Part shown: positions 1-8,163 of the stretch, one piece after another
Layout: every line of letters begins with the position of its first letter
Position numbering within the stretch: position 1 is the stretch's first letter
From: Polyangiales bacterium
GTDB lineage: Bacteria; Myxococcota_A; Polyangia; Polyangiales; Houyiibacteriaceae
Assembly (NCBI GenBank): GCA_045106895.1
Contig: JBGCFM010000121.1
Location: forward strand, 1 to 16,016
DNA: 16,016 nucleotides
Direction: 5' to 3'
Program-made: the position numbers and the translations under genes
The notes under the pieces: generated by a model
Told to the model about the DNA's origin: nothing
Database searches by the model: none
Seen by the model: the letters and a program-made list of their open reading frames with translations, nothing else

Positions 1-219
1 TTCGAAAGAAGCGAGGGTCTCGCTTTTTAAGCGAACGCAGCTCCGGCGATGCACGCCGCGACGTCGCAGGCTGAGCGGACCTTGCGTGGCTTAGGTCTCA
101 GGTCGACTTATGTCGCTGAGGTTCGCAGGGCGATGTATCGCGCTCGGCACACCTGATTACGCAACCCGCCTTGTGACTGAACGCCCGGTGGGGGCTTCTT
201 TGTCCGGCGAAGCTGCCTC

Positions 220-225
220 TATACT
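220..225 (+). promoter_or_regulatory. Putative sigma70 -10 element, near-leaderless start
   Basis: TATACT ends 9 nt before ATG 235, with no Shine-Dalgarno sequence between. Confidence 0.5.
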
Positions 226-234
226 GCGCGTCCG

Positions 235-2721
235 ATGGAACTTGGTCCACGAAGCTTGGTCGCAGGAGGCTTGGTCGCTGCCGGAATGGCATCGGCGGCG
301 GCTGGCTGGTTTTGGTGGGGACCGTCCAAAGTGATCGAAGAGATGGAGGTCGCGGCGAGTGAGCGCGGCTACGCCCTGGTCGTCGGTGATGTTGATCTGC
401 GCTGGTCTGGTGTCGATGTAGAAGACGTACACATCGAAGGGCCAAACGTGAACGCAGACCTACCGAGCGTTCAGGTGCATGGCGGGCTGTGGGCGCTGAG
501 CCAACTAGGTCGTGATGCGATCGAACGCGTTGAAGTGGTCGGCGGCGAAGTTCGGTACACATCCGCCGCGGAGCAAATGCCGCAAGACGATGACGTCGAC
601 ACCGCTGACGCGAACGGCGAACCGGATGCTGAAGCGCAGGACGCTGAGGCTGGCGCAGACACTCCCGAGGGAGCCGACGCTCCCGTCGGAGATGAGGCTA
701 CACAGAGCGGCACAGCGGCGGACGAGCCTCGCGCGAACCCCGAGGTGAACGTCGAGCCGCCGAATCCAGCGAGTAGCACAAACCGGCCAAGCCAATCGTC
801 GTGGCCAGCGCTCGCTTTTCAGCAGGTGCGCGTCGCGATTGCTGATCCTATCGGCGAACTTGCGGAGGCAACGCTTAGCGGGAACTACGCCGCCGGAGAA
901 CTAACGGTTTCGGCCGAAAGTAGCCGAATTGGAGAAGCTCCAGGGAACAGCGCTCAGGTTGAGGCAGGAGAGCTCTCTGCGACCCACCAGGCTTCGGGCT
1001 GGGTTCTAGACACGGCTAAAGCGCGTGGCGTGGTGGTTCACCTCGGTGATGCTGAGCTCGCCACTCGCCGCCGTATTTCGACGCTTCTTCGTGGGCGCGA
1101 TGAAGCTGCAGCGGCGAACGAGCCCGAAGAGGATTCAACACACGACCCGCTCTCCCGATTCTCAGCGGAAGCAGAGATTGAAATCGAGAGCGCGCAGGTC
1201 GTTCGTGGCGAAGACGAAATGGTCCTTGAGTCGTTTCAAGCCAAAGCGCGGCGTGGGGACGAGGGGATCTCCTTCGAGGGTCACGGCCGCGGCGCGGGCG
1301 GGGTCGCGACGTGGGAGCTGATGCTCCAGCCAGAAGTTCCAAGTGCGCGAGGATCCGTTGAGGTCGAATCGCTTGCCCTCGATCTACTACTGCCCGTTCT
1401 TCCTGAGCTTCCTTGGTCGCATCCGGAACTCGCTCGAGTGGCGGCGGACGTGGAGGTTGAGGCAAACGCGGATGGCGATGTGGCCCTCGTGGGTACGGTG
1501 AGTCTGAGCGACGCGGCGCTGGAGCACGCGCGAATCGCGCCGCAGCCCATTCAGAATATTGGCTTTGAGGTGACCGGTCGGGCAACGATCAACGCTCTTG
1601 CAGGGCGCGTCACGATCCCTGAAGCCGAAGTTCGTATCGGTGAGGCCACGATGGGCTTTCAGGCGGCTGCGGAGAAAAATAGCGAGTTTTGGACTCTTGA
1701 GTTCGATGCGCGCCTTCCACCCACGGACTGCAACGACGCGGTTGGGGCGATCCCTGTCGATCTTCTGGCGGAAACGGCTGGGTTCTCTTGGACCGGCCGA
1801 ATGAGCGGCGACACGCACCTGAAAATCGATTCACGGAATTTTCGTGAACTCGAGCTGGATATCAACCTCCGCGACCAGTGCCGGTTTCAAACGGTGCCGG
1901 CGGCTGCGGATATCCGGCGAGTGCAGGGAGCCTTCCTGCATCGCGTGGTCGAGCCCGAAGGTGAGTCCTTTGAGATGATGGCTGGACCCGGCACGGCGAA
2001 CTGGGTGCCCATCGCGGCCATTAGCCCCTTCCTGATCCAGTCCGTCATAGGACATGAAGACGGTGGCTTCTTCCGCCACAACGGATTTGCTGTGTATGCC
2101 ATTCGGGATGCACTCGCCCGGAACCTTCGGGAGGGCCGCTATGTTGTGGGCGCAAGCACCATCACGATGCAGCTCACCAAGAACTTGTTCCTACACCGTG
2201 AAAAGACCCTGGCCCGCAAGGTTCAAGAGGTGCTTCTGACTTGGTGGGTGGAGACGGCGTTGACCAAGGAAGAGATCCTTGAACTCTACCTCAACGTTAT
2301 CGAGTACGGACCTCGGGTCTACGGCGTCGTCCAGGCCTCGGATCACTACTTTGGTCGGCATCCGGTGGAAATCACCGCCGCCGAGGCTGCGTTCTTTGCC
2401 ACGATTCTTCCGAACCCGAAGCGCTACCACGAGGCCTTTGAGCAAGGGACGCTCCCCTCTTCGATGCGAAATCGCGTCGCGAACTTTCTAAGACATCTCC
2501 GGAGTCGCAACCGAATTGATCAGGTCGCCCTCGCAGATGGGATTGCGCAGCTCGAGGTCTTTCGTTTCGATCGCGGGACAGGCGCTGGGGCGCAATGGCA
2601 GGCGGCGGGAGATGTGGGGCATCTTCCATTTGCGACCAGTCGCGCGGCGCCCATCGAGGAGGGTGACCCGGAACCCGACCCGTATGAGGAAGAGTACACG
2701 ACTGGTGATGAGTGGTTGTGA
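235..2721 (+). CDS. Biosynthetic peptidoglycan transglycosylase (GT51, no transpeptidase domain) with N-terminal membrane anchor and long beta-rich periplasmic region
   Basis: The C-terminal region has the GT51 motifs EDGGFFRHNG, GASTITMQLTKNLF, RKVQE, KEEILELYLNVIEYG and LPNP. The N-terminus is hydrophobic (LVAGGLVAAGMASAAAGWFWW). Only about 100 aa follow the GT domain, too little for a penicillin-binding module. Confidence 0.9.
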   Translation: MELGPRSLVAGGLVAAGMASAAAGWFWWGPSKVIEEMEVAASERGYALVVGDVDLRWSGVDVEDVHIEGPNVNADLPSVQVHGGLWALSQLGRDAIERVEVVGGEVRYTSAAEQMPQDDDVDTADANGEPDAEAQDAEAGADTPEGADAPVGDEATQSGTAADEPRANPEVNVEPPNPASSTNRPSQSSWPALAFQQVRVAIADPIGELAEATLSGNYAAGELTVSAESSRIGEAPGNSAQVEAGELSATHQASGWVLDTAKARGVVVHLGDAELATRRRISTLLRGRDEAAAANEPEEDSTHDPLSRFSAEAEIEIESAQVVRGEDEMVLESFQAKARRGDEGISFEGHGRGAGGVATWELMLQPEVPSARGSVEVESLALDLLLPVLPELPWSHPELARVAADVEVEANADGDVALVGTVSLSDAALEHARIAPQPIQNIGFEVTGRATINALAGRVTIPEAEVRIGEATMGFQAAAEKNSEFWTLEFDARLPPTDCNDAVGAIPVDLLAETAGFSWTGRMSGDTHLKIDSRNFRELELDINLRDQCRFQTVPAAADIRRVQGAFLHRVVEPEGESFEMMAGPGTANWVPIAAISPFLIQSVIGHEDGGFFRHNGFAVYAIRDALARNLREGRYVVGASTITMQLTKNLFLHREKTLARKVQEVLLTWWVETALTKEEILELYLNVIEYGPRVYGVVQASDHYFGRHPVEITAAEAAFFATILPNPKRYHEAFEQGTLPSSMRNRVANFLRHLRSRNRIDQVALADGIAQLEVFRFDRGTGAGAQWQAAGDVGHLPFATSRAAPIEEGDPEPDPYEEEYTTGDEWL

Positions 2722-2778
2722 GTCCCCGATGCCGGGCATCTGGCACGGTTTCACTCCAATGCGCTCCTCACCTGGCAG

Positions 2779-2819
2779 TTGAAACACGCGCGCCCGCATT
2801 CTAGGGTTCGCGACGGAGG
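2779..2819 (+). promoter_or_regulatory. Putative sigma70 promoter and RBS of the PEGA gene
   Basis: TTGAAA (2779-2784), 17-nt spacer, TAGGGT (2802-2807). GGAGG at 2815-2819 lies 9 nt before ATG 2829. Confidence 0.6.
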
Positions 2820-2828
2820 CGTCTTCTT

Positions 2829-5057
2829 ATGGCTCGCTATTTTGCTTGGTTCTTTGGTTTGGTGCTCATGGGGACATCCGCGGCGGCGAGTGCCCAGCGG
2901 CCGATCCCTGTTCACGTTGAGTCGACGCCTCCCGGCGCCGCTGTCTATCTCGACTCCGCAGAGGGCGCGCCCATCGGGACGACGCCTATGCGCAACGTGC
3001 GAATCCCGCGTGGCAGCCACACACTCATCTTTCGCCTCGCAAGCCATGAAGACGCGCGGCTGACGGTCAACATTCGCCGTCGGCGCGAGACCTTTCGAGC
3101 GACGCTGAATCCCCTTGGAACGATCTCTCTCGTACCGGCGAACGATGGCGCGCAGAACGCGGCAGTACGAGTCGATGGCGCACCAGTCGGCAACCTCCCG
3201 CACCGAATGCAAGTTCAGCCCGGTCGTCACCTTGTGCAGGTGGGCCGCGAAGGTTTCGTGACGTTCTCTCAGTGGGTGGAGCTCGCCGGTGGGCAGGTGC
3301 TTTCGCTCCCGGTCATGCTTGAGCGCGACACGCCAGAGACCGGGTCGCTTTTGGTGGCTGGCGATGTGTCCGGCGCGGCGATCTACGTGGACGGGACGCC
3401 TCGCGGCGCGACACCGACGGTCATCGACGGCCTGACGGCGGGCAATCACCTCATCGAGGTTCGCCCCAACGATGCGGCGATGGAGACGTTCTCCCAGACA
3501 GTTCGAATCATCGCGGGCGAGCGCACGAACTTGAACCCCGTCATGCGTGCGGCGCCGGCGCAGACCGGGAGCCTTCGTGTTCTGTGCAACGTGCCGACGG
3601 CGGAGATTCTCTTCGACGGTGAGCTCGTCGGTAACCCGCCCGCTTCCCGGGAGAACATTCCGCCAGGCGACCACATCGTGGAAGCGCGCGCGGAGGGTTA
3701 CCAAGCAGCGCAGCAGCCCGTGAGCATCGAGGCAGGCCAGCAGCGCGTCATCTCTATCACGCTGACGGCAGTGGCCGCGGCGCCTGGACGCATCGTGGTC
3801 AACGCCAACGTGGACAACGCTTCGGTGAGCGTCGACGGCGAAGAGATGGGCGCGCCCCCTGTCGTCGTCGAAGGAGCGACGGAAGGAACGCACGCCATTA
3901 TCGTACGCGCGCCCGGCCACCAAGAGCACCGCGAGACGTGTCGCGTCGGGCCTGGTGTGAACTGCATCATCGACGCGGAGCTTCACCCGGTGGGAACGCC
4001 CGTTCGTGTCGAGGCCAATGTTGCGAACGCGCAGTTCTTCGTGGACGGCGAACTTCAGGGCCCCGTGCCATGGGAAGGGACCGTTGCGACTGGATCGCAC
4101 CTTATTGAGGTGAGCGCCGACGGATACCGGCCGTATCAGGCGCAGGTGGCTCTGGCGCCGCAGGCGGACCCACGTGTGTTCAACGTTGGGCTTGTGGGCG
4201 AAGACGAGCTTACGCCGGAAGAGAACCGGGAGATGCTTGAGATTCGTCGTGAGCGTCATCGCCAGGCCGTCAGCCGCTCCGGCGCGACGCTTCCAAACGA
4301 CCTCGCCGTCCTCGACGTCTCGCTTGGTTGGCCCTACCTCTTCGAGCTTCGGATGGGCATCGGCATCCTCGACTGGCTCGAGGCAGGCATTGGCATTCGC
4401 ACGACGTTCTACCGGCTCACGGAGTTCGAAGGACGCGTCAAAGCGGGCTGGCGTCCAGCTCGCCAGGTGTCCCTTGGTGCGCAGATGCGCATTGGTGGAG
4501 GGCTTGGACCTGGGCGGGACCCTGCCACGGGCAGCGAAGAGCCTCTGACCGGTTTAGAGGATGACTTCACATTCTCCACCAACAGCTTTTACTTCAGCTT
4601 GGAGGCTCTGTTCTCCCTTCACTTCCTCAACGCTGGAAACTTCACGCTTTGGGCTGCGCTGGATGTTCACAGGGACAGCTGGGCGTGGAATGGCGCGAAC
4701 AACGATTGTCGCTGGACTGCCTGTGCGCCAGATAGCGGCACACCGATCTTAGGAACGGAGCCCGCGACGGCGCTCGATGTGACGCAGAGTCTCGCTCGCT
4801 TCCGCATTGGTGGCTCCCTAGAGTTCATCGTCTCCAACAAGTGGAACGTGTGGGGCTCCTTTGAGGGGACCTTTGGCGATGACCGGCGAATCCTTGGCGA
4901 CATATGGGGTCTTGGAAACGACGACATTCAGATCTACGGACGCCTCGGCCTTACTTACAAGTTTGGCTACACGGAGCGTGATGAAGACCGCGCTGCCATG
5001 TTTGCGGCGGAGGACGAAGAAGAGCTCGCGGCTCCGCCGGCACCTGCGGCTGAGTAA
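2829..5057 (+). CDS. Secreted multi-PEGA domain protein (six repeats) with predicted C-terminal outer-membrane beta-barrel
   Basis: Signal peptide ending ASA-Q. Six PEGA-like units of about 70 aa (e.g. VESTPPGAAVYLD..GTTP..GSHTLIF, GAAIYVDG..GATP..GNHLIEV, AQFFVDG..GSHLIEVSADGY). Then a helix and amphipathic strands ending YGRLGLTYKF. Confidence 0.88.
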   Translation: MARYFAWFFGLVLMGTSAAASAQRPIPVHVESTPPGAAVYLDSAEGAPIGTTPMRNVRIPRGSHTLIFRLASHEDARLTVNIRRRRETFRATLNPLGTISLVPANDGAQNAAVRVDGAPVGNLPHRMQVQPGRHLVQVGREGFVTFSQWVELAGGQVLSLPVMLERDTPETGSLLVAGDVSGAAIYVDGTPRGATPTVIDGLTAGNHLIEVRPNDAAMETFSQTVRIIAGERTNLNPVMRAAPAQTGSLRVLCNVPTAEILFDGELVGNPPASRENIPPGDHIVEARAEGYQAAQQPVSIEAGQQRVISITLTAVAAAPGRIVVNANVDNASVSVDGEEMGAPPVVVEGATEGTHAIIVRAPGHQEHRETCRVGPGVNCIIDAELHPVGTPVRVEANVANAQFFVDGELQGPVPWEGTVATGSHLIEVSADGYRPYQAQVALAPQADPRVFNVGLVGEDELTPEENREMLEIRRERHRQAVSRSGATLPNDLAVLDVSLGWPYLFELRMGIGILDWLEAGIGIRTTFYRLTEFEGRVKAGWRPARQVSLGAQMRIGGGLGPGRDPATGSEEPLTGLEDDFTFSTNSFYFSLEALFSLHFLNAGNFTLWAALDVHRDSWAWNGANNDCRWTACAPDSGTPILGTEPATALDVTQSLARFRIGGSLEFIVSNKWNVWGSFEGTFGDDRRILGDIWGLGNDDIQIYGRLGLTYKFGYTERDEDRAAMFAAEDEEELAAPPAPAAE

Positions 5058-5087
5058 ACGGCACGAAGCGTGCTAAACTGGGGGCTG

Positions 5088-6068
5088 ATGCATCTCATCG
5101 GCCCCTTTGTTGTTCGTGCTGCGCAAGCTCTTGGGGCTGCGCTTTGCGTACTTGGTGCTACGTGGGCAGCGCCGGTGGCCGCTCAAGAGGCGCCGATTAC
5201 GATCATTGAGGCCTCTGAATCGCTTCAGGTGTTGGCACAAGATGTCGCAGGTGTGCTCCGACGTCGCACGGGAAACGCCATCGAGGTTGGCGGATCGCCG
5301 CCGTCGCCACCGGAAGCTGTGAGCTCCGGTCAGCTGGCGATGGTTCCTTATGAGGGGGCCGTGTTTCTTGCCCTTGGGGCTGCGGATGGACGGACGCTGA
5401 CAGCGCATCTGGAGATTCCAACGGAGGGGCGCGCTCGTGCCGTTGCCCTCGCGATTCAAGATCTTGTGGATCAGGCGGCGATCCCCGCGGTCGCACCGAG
5501 GGCCGTGCGAGCTCGACAGGCGCTGGAGCCGGCGCCGGAGCGGACCCCGCGTTCACTGGCAAAGCCCGCGTTCTTCCTCCGGCTTTTGGCGGGCTACTCG
5601 CCGACACGTCGCCAGGCGCTCGTGGGCCCTGGTGCGGGCTTTGGGCTCTGTCTCTCTCGGGGCTGCGTGATGGTCGAGGCGGACATGCCTCTGATCCCAA
5701 ACGAGTACGTGCTTGCAGGCCACGAGGTCCGTTCGCGAAGCGTCAACGCAGCACTTCGTCTCCACCTCCGGCCCATCGAGCTTGGCGACTTCTCCATTGG
5801 CGCCACCTTTGGCGTGTTGACTCGCATTCTTCGCGTGAGCGTGGATGGCGAAGGGGCGAGCACCATCACGAGTCTGGGTGTGCGCACGAGTTTGGAAGCA
5901 GCTTGGCGTTTCAGAGGGCCCTTCGAGTGGGTTTTTGAGGTGGGCGGAGATGCGATCTTCGATTCGGAGCGCATCTCGGTGGGTTCGCAGTCGTTTATCC
6001 TGGAAGACGGCTTTGTGCCTTGGGTGACCACGTCTTTGCGAATGCGCCCACGATTCGACGCTCTATGA
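5088..6068 (+). CDS. Secreted protein with N-terminal alpha/beta domain, Pro/Ala/Arg linker and predicted small C-terminal beta-barrel
   Basis: Signal-like N-terminus ending APVAA-Q. The C-terminal ~170 aa alternate hydrophobic residues as in amphipathic strands (ALRLHLR, FSIGATFGV, LEAAWRF, FEWVFEVGGD, TTSLRMR). Start placed at ATG 5088 rather than GTG 5070 because an extended -10 (TGC-TAAACT) lies at 5071-5079. Confidence 0.7.
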   Translation: MHLIGPFVVRAAQALGAALCVLGATWAAPVAAQEAPITIIEASESLQVLAQDVAGVLRRRTGNAIEVGGSPPSPPEAVSSGQLAMVPYEGAVFLALGAADGRTLTAHLEIPTEGRARAVALAIQDLVDQAAIPAVAPRAVRARQALEPAPERTPRSLAKPAFFLRLLAGYSPTRRQALVGPGAGFGLCLSRGCVMVEADMPLIPNEYVLAGHEVRSRSVNAALRLHLRPIELGDFSIGATFGVLTRILRVSVDGEGASTITSLGVRTSLEAAWRFRGPFEWVFEVGGDAIFDSERISVGSQSFILEDGFVPWVTTSLRMRPRFDAL

Positions 6069-6089
6069 GACCTCGATGAGCTTTTTTTC

Positions 6090-6737
6090 ATGAGCGGTGG
6101 AAAAGCGGACGACCTGCGTCGACAAGTAGACGTGGAAGGCAAGGCACATGTTCGCTTGGTGACGGGGCGACCCCCCGCAAAGTCGGACGACCCTGATTTG
6201 TTGGCGAAGGCGGCCGCCGGGGACGCTGCGGCCGTTCGCCTGCTCTACCGGACCCACGTGGACCGGGTTCACCGACATGTGGCCCGGGTGCTCGGCGCTC
6301 AGGATCCAGACGTGGAGGACGTGGTTCAGCGGGTGTTCCTCGCGGCCCTCGACGGGGCGGCGAGCTATCGCGGGGATGGGAAACTTGGCTCGTGGATCTT
6401 GGGTATCGCCACCCGCCGGGCGCTTGATGAGTCGCGCGCGCGCTGGCGTCGCGGCCGCTGGAAGCGAATGACGGAGCGCGTCGGCCTTGGACGTGCGGCG
6501 TCTTCCCCAGACGCCAGGGCCGTGGCGGGGGGCGAAGCCGAGCGCTTGTTGCAGACCCTGTCGCCGGAACAGCGGACGGCGTTTGTTCTCAAAGAAGTCG
6601 AAGGGCATACCCTTCAGGAAATGTCGGACATGACGGGCATCGGAGTGTCGACGCTACACGCGAGGGTAAAGGCGGCGCGGAAGCGCTTGGATGCCGCCAT
6701 CGCGGAGAGCAATGAAAGTGGAGGTCCTGATGCGTGA
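6090..6737 (+). CDS. ECF-subfamily RNA polymerase sigma-70 factor
   Basis: Region 2 (GDAAAVRLLY...DVEDVVQRVFL...SWILGIATRRALD) and region 4 (LSPEQRTAFVLKEVEGHTLQEMSDMTGIGVSTLHARVKAARKRL). An alternative in-frame start is GTG 6132. Confidence 0.95.
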   Translation: MSGGKADDLRRQVDVEGKAHVRLVTGRPPAKSDDPDLLAKAAAGDAAAVRLLYRTHVDRVHRHVARVLGAQDPDVEDVVQRVFLAALDGAASYRGDGKLGSWILGIATRRALDESRARWRRGRWKRMTERVGLGRAASSPDARAVAGGEAERLLQTLSPEQRTAFVLKEVEGHTLQEMSDMTGIGVSTLHARVKAARKRLDAAIAESNESGGPDA

Positions 6738-8058
6738 TTTCCGAGACCTCGTGGAGGCGTTAGAAGAAGACCCGCCGACGATGGATGATCTGGCGAAGGC
6801 GCGGGTGGAGAAGGCTCTCCTAACCCAGCCGCGGCGAGCCCCTAGGCCTGAGCGAGGGCATGGGTTCCGTGCCGGTGTCGTCGTTGGACTCGCCGCCGCT
6901 GCAGCGCTTGGTTTGGCCGTTTGGGCGTTTCCAGGTGGTGAGGGTGACACCGACTCCAGCGTCAGCGTGGCGCAGGTGCAGGTGCTTGTAGACGGAGTGC
7001 CCGAACGAACGACGGAGATCAACGAAGGCGAAACCGTCGTCACGTCGGAGGCACAGGCGCTCCAGGTTCGTTATGGCGGAACCATCAACGAGACGTGCCT
7101 TGTGGAGGTGGAGCCCGCGAGCCGTGTGATGTTCAGCGGAATCGACGACCTTGACCACAGGCTGCGGCTCGACCGCGGGTCCGTGCATGTCGAGTTTCAT
7201 CCGGACCGGCCCGGCGAAGAGGGCATGGTTGTAGATACTCCGGATGCTCGGGTCGTCGTCGTGGGTACGGTCTTTGAAGTGCGAGCTACGCATGACGGCA
7301 CCGTAGTGCGCGTCAACGAGGGGCGCGTGCGCGTCGAAGTGGAAGGTCGCGAGGCGGCCTTTGTCAGCGCGGGTGAGGTCCTGCACGTCACGAAGGAGCA
7401 ACTTGCTGTGGCCGCCCCAGAGGCGAGGCCTGAGCGCGAGGATGTGGAAGCTGAAGTGGAAGCCATTGTGGCGCCTCTTCCCGAAGTCGCTGAGGACCTT
7501 CCGTCACGCCGAGTCCGCCGAGCGGAGAGTCCGGTTGAGACGCCCGCGCCAGGCGTTGAAGAAGTCACTGATGTGGTGGTGGCGGACAGTACGCCGACGC
7601 CGGAAGAGCCCGCGACTGACGAAGCTCGTCCAAGCCGAGCGGAGGACACGGAGCCGCCGATTCCTTTGAGCGACGACGCTCGTTTTGACCTGGCTCGACA
7701 GCTCTTTGATGGGGGCCAGCTCGCGTCTGCTCGTCATGAGCTCTATGCCATCGCGCGTAGTACAACGAGCTCGCGTGCGCGGGCCCGGGCGTGGACCCTC
7801 GTCGCGGAAACGTACGAGCGTGAGTCAGACGTCGGACGCGCCATCGAAGCGTACCGGCGTGCTGCGCAGAGCGGCCGCACACATGATGCTTCCGATGCGC
7901 TCTTTGCTTTGGCGCGATTGCGCATCTCGACCGGGGAGGTTGCTGCAGGCAAAGCGGCCTACCGCGAGTATCTGCAAGTTGCGCCGGACGGAGCGCTCGC
8001 GGCGACGGTGCGTCGGGCGCTTTGTCGCCTCGGTGAACGCGCCCACTGCGCGGAGTAG
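6730..8058 (+). CDS. FecR-domain anti-sigma factor with acidic Pro-rich linker and C-terminal TPR-like helices
   Basis: GGAGG (6720-6724) precedes ATG 6730, which overlaps the sigma stop by 8 nt. A short cytoplasmic segment and TM helix (AGVVVGLAAAAALGLAVWAF) precede FecR motifs (LRLDRGSVHVEF, VVDTPDARVVVVGTVFEV, VRVNEGRVRV). The TPR-like end reads AIEAYRRA, DALFALARL, AYREYLQVAPDG. Confidence 0.88.
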   Translation: MRDFRDLVEALEEDPPTMDDLAKARVEKALLTQPRRAPRPERGHGFRAGVVVGLAAAAALGLAVWAFPGGEGDTDSSVSVAQVQVLVDGVPERTTEINEGETVVTSEAQALQVRYGGTINETCLVEVEPASRVMFSGIDDLDHRLRLDRGSVHVEFHPDRPGEEGMVVDTPDARVVVVGTVFEVRATHDGTVVRVNEGRVRVEVEGREAAFVSAGEVLHVTKEQLAVAAPEARPEREDVEAEVEAIVAPLPEVAEDLPSRRVRRAESPVETPAPGVEEVTDVVVADSTPTPEEPATDEARPSRAEDTEPPIPLSDDARFDLARQLFDGGQLASARHELYAIARSTTSSRARARAWTLVAETYERESDVGRAIEAYRRAAQSGRTHDASDALFALARLRISTGEVAAGKAAYREYLQVAPDGALAATVRRALCRLGERAHCAE

Positions 8059-8098
8059 CCGAACGCTCAGCTCAGCAGCGAGCGATCCTGACGTCACG

Positions 8099-8132
8099 AA
8101 AAAAGCCCCCCGCGCAGAACGCGGAGGGCTTT
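8099..8132 (-). terminator. Rho-independent terminator between convergent genes (likely bidirectional)
   Basis: Minus strand reads AAAGCCCTCCGCG-TTCTG-CGCGGGGGGCTTTTTT, a GC stem with one G-U pair and a U6 tail. The plus strand has a shorter T tail. Confidence 0.85.
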
Positions 8133-8163
8133 GTCTGACAAGCTCAGATGAAGAGGAAGAGCT

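Noticed and set aside
3..17. 15-mer CGAAAGAAGCGAGGG repeated at 11149-11163, with a 12-nt core also at 12147-12158
   Set aside because: One copy is inside kinase coding sequence and the flanks are unrelated, so it is compatible with chance.
9..28. Hairpin AAGCGAG-GGT-CTCGCTT followed by Ts as a terminator
   Set aside because: The stem is short with a 3-nt loop, and it sits at the window edge where upstream context is not visible.
2751..4259. 502-aa minus-strand ORF
   Set aside because: It is antisense to the well-supported PEGA gene and has no motifs. Long shadow ORFs are expected from high-GC codon bias.
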